Of a stretch of DNA of 64,000 bases, positions 60,173 to 64,000 are shown in pieces. The DNA comes from an uncultured bacterium (GTDB taxonomy: Bacteria; Verrucomicrobiota; Lentisphaeria; Victivallales; UBA1829), in contig CACZEK010000004.1 of NCBI GenBank assembly GCA_902780135.1, positions 7,146 to 71,145 on the forward strand, written 5' to 3'. Below the pieces are notes generated by a model, which was given only the letters and a program-made list of their open reading frames with translations, ran no database searches and was not told the origin of the DNA. Both the position numbers and the translations under genes were made by a program. Positions within the stretch are counted from its first letter, which is position 1. The number at the start of each line of letters is the position of its first letter.

Positions 60173-62140
60173 ATGGCGAAATCGAAAAAACAAAACAGGC
60201 AGTCCCGAGCTCCGCGCAGGATCCTCTACAGCGGCGTCTTCTCCGCCGCGTCCGCCGGATTCGGCTTCGTGAAGGTCCCCGGCGACCCGTCCCTCGAATT
60301 CTTCATCCCGCGCAAGTACACCGGCCACGCGCTGGACGGCGACACGGTCGAGGTCGAGCAGATCCCGGACGAACGCGACTTTTCGTACAGCAAACGGAAA
60401 ACCGGCCCGGTCGGGCGCATCGTCTCCGTCACCGGACGCAGCCGCGAATTCGTGGTCGGGCGGCTGGACTCCCTGCACGAGATCCGTCCGCTGGACAAGC
60501 ATCTGCCGGAGACCATCCGCGTGAACTCCGCGCCCCGCAACGCGAAGAAGGGCGACTGGGTGCAGGTGCGTCTGCTCGACGACGGCGCGAACCACACGGA
60601 ACAGCTCCGCGGCCATGTGGAGCGTTCGCTCGGATCCGCGGGCGACGTGGCGCACGACCTGGACGCCATCGCCGCCGAATTCGGCCTGCCACCGGCATAC
60701 ACCGCCGAGGACGAAGCCGCCGCGCTGAAGATCGAGCCGCTTGAGATCGAACGCGAAGACCTTTCTTCCCTTTACACGCTCACGATCGACCCGGCGGACG
60801 CGCACGATTTCGACGACGCCATCTCCATTCAGCCCGCGGCGAAGGAGGGTGAGATCACGCTCGGCGTCCACATCGCCGACGTCGCGGTCTGGATCCGCCC
60901 CGGCTCCAAGTTCGACAAGGCCGCCGCGTACCGTTCGTTCTCCTCGTATCTCCCCGGCAAGTTCCTGCCGATGCTCCCGAAACCGCTCACCGCGAAGATC
61001 AGCCTCCGCGAAAAGGTCCTTTCCCCCGCCCACAGCGTGATCTTCACCGTGCGCCTCCGCGACGGGAAGATCCTCTCCTCGCGCCGCGTCCATTCGCTGG
61101 TGAAGGTGAAACGCCGCATGGACTACGATACCGTCCAGGCGTTCCTCGACGCCCCCGCGAAACGCCCGAAGGGCTGGAACAAGCAGGACGCTGAGAACGT
61201 GCTGCTCCTGCATAAGCTCGTGAAGAAGATGCGCGGCTGGCGCGCGAAGCACGAACAGTTCCTGTGGATCGACGCACCGGAGATCCGCGTGCTCTGCGAC
61301 GAGGCCACGCACGAGATCAAAGGTCTCCTGCGCCGCATCCCGTGCGCCGCGGACGGCATCGTGGAGGAGTGCATGCTCGCCGCGAACTCGGCGGTCGCCA
61401 ACGAGCTGATCGAACGCGGCGTGGGCGGCCTCTTTCGCGTCCACCCGGAACCCGACCCTGAGAAGCTGGGCGAGTTCGAAGGCTTCGTATCCGAGGCGTT
61501 CGGCATTTCCGCGGGCGACCTGTCTTCCGGCCGCGCCGCCTGCATGCGGTTCCTCGAAAACATCCCGGACGACCACCGCAAGCCCGTGATCCTGTCGCGG
61601 TTCCTGCGGGCGATGGCGCGCGCCAGCTACAGCGAGAACCCGGAGCTTCACTTCGGGCTCGGCAAGACGCGCTATTCGCACTTCACCAGCCCGATCCGGC
61701 GCTATCCCGACCTGGCGCTGCATCAGCAGCTCCTCGCCCTCGACACGAACAAGCGCCTGCGCTCCAAGCGCATGCTCGCCGAGATCGCCGTGCTGTGCTC
61801 GAAGAAGGAGGAGCGCAACGACAACGCCTTCTACGCCGCGAACGACCGCCTGAAGCTGCATTTCCTGAAGAACAGCGGCGCGCTGGAGAACACCACCATG
61901 TACGAGGCGATCATCCAGAAAGTCACCTCGTCCGGGCTTATGTGCGAGATACCGGAGCTGGGCATGCTCGGATTCGTGCCGACCTCGCGGTTCCGCACGC
62001 ACGTCGCGCGCCGGAACTCGCGCTATTCCTCGCGGATGGAGAGCGGGCACACCGGATACCGCCCCGGCGACTTCATCTACATCGCGCTGGACAGCATCGA
62101 CCTGGTGCGCGGCCATGCGCAGTTCCGCCCGGTCATTTAA
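60173..62140 (+). CDS. rnr: Ribonuclease R / RNase II family exoribonuclease
   Basis: Cold-shock-like N-terminus (GFGFVKV), RNB motifs (TIDPADAHDFDDAIS, RSFSSYLPGK..MLP, HFGL..YSHFTSPIRRYPDL), C-terminal S1-like domain. Confidence 0.92.
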   Translation: MAKSKKQNRQSRAPRRILYSGVFSAASAGFGFVKVPGDPSLEFFIPRKYTGHALDGDTVEVEQIPDERDFSYSKRKTGPVGRIVSVTGRSREFVVGRLDSLHEIRPLDKHLPETIRVNSAPRNAKKGDWVQVRLLDDGANHTEQLRGHVERSLGSAGDVAHDLDAIAAEFGLPPAYTAEDEAAALKIEPLEIEREDLSSLYTLTIDPADAHDFDDAISIQPAAKEGEITLGVHIADVAVWIRPGSKFDKAAAYRSFSSYLPGKFLPMLPKPLTAKISLREKVLSPAHSVIFTVRLRDGKILSSRRVHSLVKVKRRMDYDTVQAFLDAPAKRPKGWNKQDAENVLLLHKLVKKMRGWRAKHEQFLWIDAPEIRVLCDEATHEIKGLLRRIPCAADGIVEECMLAANSAVANELIERGVGGLFRVHPEPDPEKLGEFEGFVSEAFGISAGDLSSGRAACMRFLENIPDDHRKPVILSRFLRAMARASYSENPELHFGLGKTRYSHFTSPIRRYPDLALHQQLLALDTNKRLRSKRMLAEIAVLCSKKEERNDNAFYAANDRLKLHFLKNSGALENTTMYEAIIQKVTSSGLMCEIPELGMLGFVPTSRFRTHVARRNSRYSSRMESGHTGYRPGDFIYIALDSIDLVRGHAQFRPVI

Positions 62141-62166
62141 CCGTCATTCAGAAAGGGATTCCCGAT

Positions 62167-62826
62167 ATGAAACTGAAAACAGCATTCCGTTTCCTTCCGG
62201 CCGCCGTGCTCGGCATGGGCCTGTTCGCCTCCTGCAATACCACGACGTTCGAGGTGCCGAAGATCGGCTCGCGTTTCGACGACACGAAAAAATACCTGAC
62301 CTACGACACGTCGCTGAACGAGTACGTCATCCCGCTCTCCAAATACGAGACGCTCCAGTACGAGAAGTTCGACATCCTGGTCCCGCAGGACGACGTGGTC
62401 CAGTATTACGCCCCCGCGCTCTCCAACTCCTCCAACAACGCCGAACTCCGGGTGCGGAACCTGCCGCCCGAGACAGGCTTCCTCGGCCGCGCCATTTTAG
62501 CCCCGGACCAGGAGGGATGGAAGAGCCTTTCCGAAATGCAGCGGTATTTCGAGGAAAAGTTCTCGGCGGGGAAGGGGATCATCAGCCGCAAGGTGCGCAT
62601 CACGAGGTTTGAAGGCTGCAACTGCATTGAGTACGACGTCGTTTTGAACTCGGCGGAGGTCGGCAAGGTCGACGCCGTGCACGGATTCTGCATGTTCGAC
62701 CCGACGAATCCCGGCTATATCTTCGAGGTCTTTGCGGGGCGCACGGCATACAAGAAGGATATCGACAACGAATTCCTGATCCGGGCGTCCGGCATCTTCC
62801 TCGATTCCGTGAAGTTCCGCCCGTAA
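62167..62826 (+). CDS. Hypothetical lipoprotein
   Basis: MKLKTAFRFLPAAVLGMGLFASC, a lipobox. In frame within track ORF 61795..62826. Confidence 0.7.
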   Translation: MKLKTAFRFLPAAVLGMGLFASCNTTTFEVPKIGSRFDDTKKYLTYDTSLNEYVIPLSKYETLQYEKFDILVPQDDVVQYYAPALSNSSNNAELRVRNLPPETGFLGRAILAPDQEGWKSLSEMQRYFEEKFSAGKGIISRKVRITRFEGCNCIEYDVVLNSAEVGKVDAVHGFCMFDPTNPGYIFEVFAGRTAYKKDIDNEFLIRASGIFLDSVKFRP

Positions 62827-62854
62827 GCGGGCGGGACCGGGCTTGTTTCCGGCA

Positions 62855-62893
62855 AAAGAACGGGGCGGTGCGGAGAATGGTCCGCGCCGCCCC
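62855..62893. terminator. Shared hairpin terminator between convergent lipoprotein gene and pyrF
   Basis: GGGGCGGTGCGGA-GAATGG-TCCGCGCCGCCCC, a 13-bp stem with one G:U. The T-run is on the pyrF side (GTTCTTTT). Confidence 0.6.
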
Positions 62894-62928
62894 GAATGCT
62901 GTTCGGCGTTCGCCTGAATCCGCCGCGC

Positions 62929-63750
62929 TCAGCCCCGGAACGCGTTGATGGCGTCGCGAAGCTTGACGGCTTCGCGGCGCGCCGCTTCGGCGAAGTCCTC
63001 GCCGTTCGAGGCGAAGATGATGCCGCGCGAGGAGTTGATGACCAGCCCGGTCTTGTCCGCGGTGAGACCGTTGCGGAGCACGCCCTCCAGGTCGCCGCCC
63101 TGCGCGCCGATGCCGGGCACGAGCAGCGCCACGGAGTCGCCGACGCGCCTGCGGATCTCGCCGAGCTCGGCGGGGCAGGTCGCCCCGGTCACGAGCAGGA
63201 CGTTGCGGTTGTAGTTCCACACGGTGGAGATGCGTTCGGCGAGATACTGGTAGAGCAGTTCGCCGTTCTGAAGCACGAGTTCCTGAATTTCCTTCGCGCC
63301 GCCGTTCGAGGTGCGGCAGAGGACCACGACGCCCTTGTCGGCGCAGTCGAGGAACGGCTTGATCGCGTCCATGCCCATGTACGGGTTCACGGTCACGGCG
63401 TTCGCCTGATAGCGCTCGAACGCCTCGGAGACGTACATGCGCGTCGTGTTGCCGATGTCCGCGCGCTTGGCGTCCAGGATGACGGGCACGGACGGCGCGA
63501 CCTCGTGGATGTAGCGGATGGTCTCGGCGAGCTCGTCGTCGGCGTTCTGCGCGGCGTAGCACGCGGCCTGCGGCTTGTACGCGCAGACCAGGTCCTTCGT
63601 GGCGTCGATGATCGCCTTGTTGAACGCGAACACGGGTTTCTCCAGCCCGCGGACGCAGGCGGGGAGTTTGGCGGGGTCGGGGTCGAGCCCGACGCAGACC
63701 AGCGAATCGTTGTTGCGCCAGGCGGCGCGGAGTTTGTCGTAGAAATTCAT
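62929..63750 (-). CDS. pyrF: Orotidine 5'-phosphate decarboxylase (long type 2)
   Basis: LVCVGLDPD..ILDAKRADIGNT..VTVNPYMG..LVPGIGAQGG. Confidence 0.92.
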   Translation of the reverse strand: MNFYDKLRAAWRNNDSLVCVGLDPDPAKLPACVRGLEKPVFAFNKAIIDATKDLVCAYKPQAACYAAQNADDELAETIRYIHEVAPSVPVILDAKRADIGNTTRMYVSEAFERYQANAVTVNPYMGMDAIKPFLDCADKGVVVLCRTSNGGAKEIQELVLQNGELLYQYLAERISTVWNYNRNVLLVTGATCPAELGEIRRRVGDSVALLVPGIGAQGGDLEGVLRNGLTADKTGLVINSSRGIIFASNGEDFAEAARREAVKLRDAINAFRG

Positions 63751-63816
63751 GTCAGTCTCCGGATATGTTATGCTGGGTTGAATCGTTTCAAGTACGGATT
63801 TTGCCTCAGGCCCGCC

Positions 63817-64000
63817 TCATTTGCCCTTCACTTTCACCACGCGGATCGCGGTGAATTCCTTTCCGGGGAGTTCGAGGCGGAACCGCCCCTTCATGACACC
63901 CCGGTCGTCGATGGTCATGTTCCACGTGTCGATCACCTCCACATGGTAGGACGCCTCCGGGTCGAGGCGGTTGAAGTCGCGGTATTTCGGCTGGTTGCGC
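63817..64000 (-). CDS. C-terminal fragment of an unidentified protein (5' end outside window)
   Basis: Own translation: ..RNQPKYRDFNRLDPEASYHVEVIDTWNMTIDDRGVMKGRFRLELPGKEFTAIRVVKVKGK*. From memory it resembles beta-sandwich tails on some putative glycosidases. Not verified. Confidence 0.5.
   Translation of the reverse strand, partial: RNQPKYRDFNRLDPEASYHVEVIDTWNMTIDDRGVMKGRFRLELPGKEFTAIRVVKVKGK

Noticed and set aside
1-64000. Mobile elements, prophage, defence islands, tRNA or rRNA genes.
   Set aside because: No transposase, integrase, recombinase, phage structural, restriction-modification, Cas or toxin-domain translations were recognised in any credible ORF. No tRNA-like cloverleaf or rRNA segment was noticed in the intergenic regions. 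The HNH gene lacks any mobile context. This is a by-eye negative and should be confirmed with tRNAscan-SE, Infernal and defence-system HMM tools.

Overview
GC-rich (judged by eye, not computed) bacterial chromosomal segment, densely coding on both strands. No rRNA, tRNA, CRISPR array, transposase or integrase was recognised. Most genes are core housekeeping: the thrS-infC-rpmI-rplT-pheS-pheT cluster, rpsB-tsf, tig-clpP-clpX, prfB, argS, ileS, trpS, lepA-lepB, lpxA, nifU-nifS, panB, pyrF and rnr. PFOR (nifJ), NifU/NifS and KDPG aldolase suggest an anaerobic or fermentative lifestyle. A PVC-type lineage (Lentisphaerae, Kiritimatiellae or Verrucomicrobia-like) is only a guess from gene content. 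Long ORFs on the strand opposite real genes are codon-phase artefacts of high GC. Observations most worth follow-up: (1) a translationally coupled pair of membrane Ser/Thr kinase paralogs, each with an extracytoplasmic Cache-like domain. The upstream copy has lost the VAIK Lys, HRD Asp and DFG Asp (a pseudokinase) and carries three perfect 33-bp repeats. (2) A 1-kb non-coding gap between tsf and tig holding a 119-bp tandem structured repeat with GCGAAGC-capped hairpins and one compensatory base-pair change, next to a low-GC islet with a small ORF. (3) A small protein with a histone-H1-like AKKA/KPAAK repeat tail. (4) A 1440-aa GH13 + amylo-alpha-1,6-glucosidase fusion with a eukaryote-like debranching-enzyme layout. 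(5) A fused radical-enzyme activase/dehydratase-subunit protein with an extra Cys cluster. (6) A tightly packed operon: Zn-ribbon poly-acidic protein, TatD, UbiA-like protein, HNH, LplA. A recurrent TTGnnn-N16/17-TATATT promoter motif precedes most transcription units, several times followed by a perfect palindrome. No classical defence, toxin or mobile system was seen. All functions come from reading the translations, with no database search.
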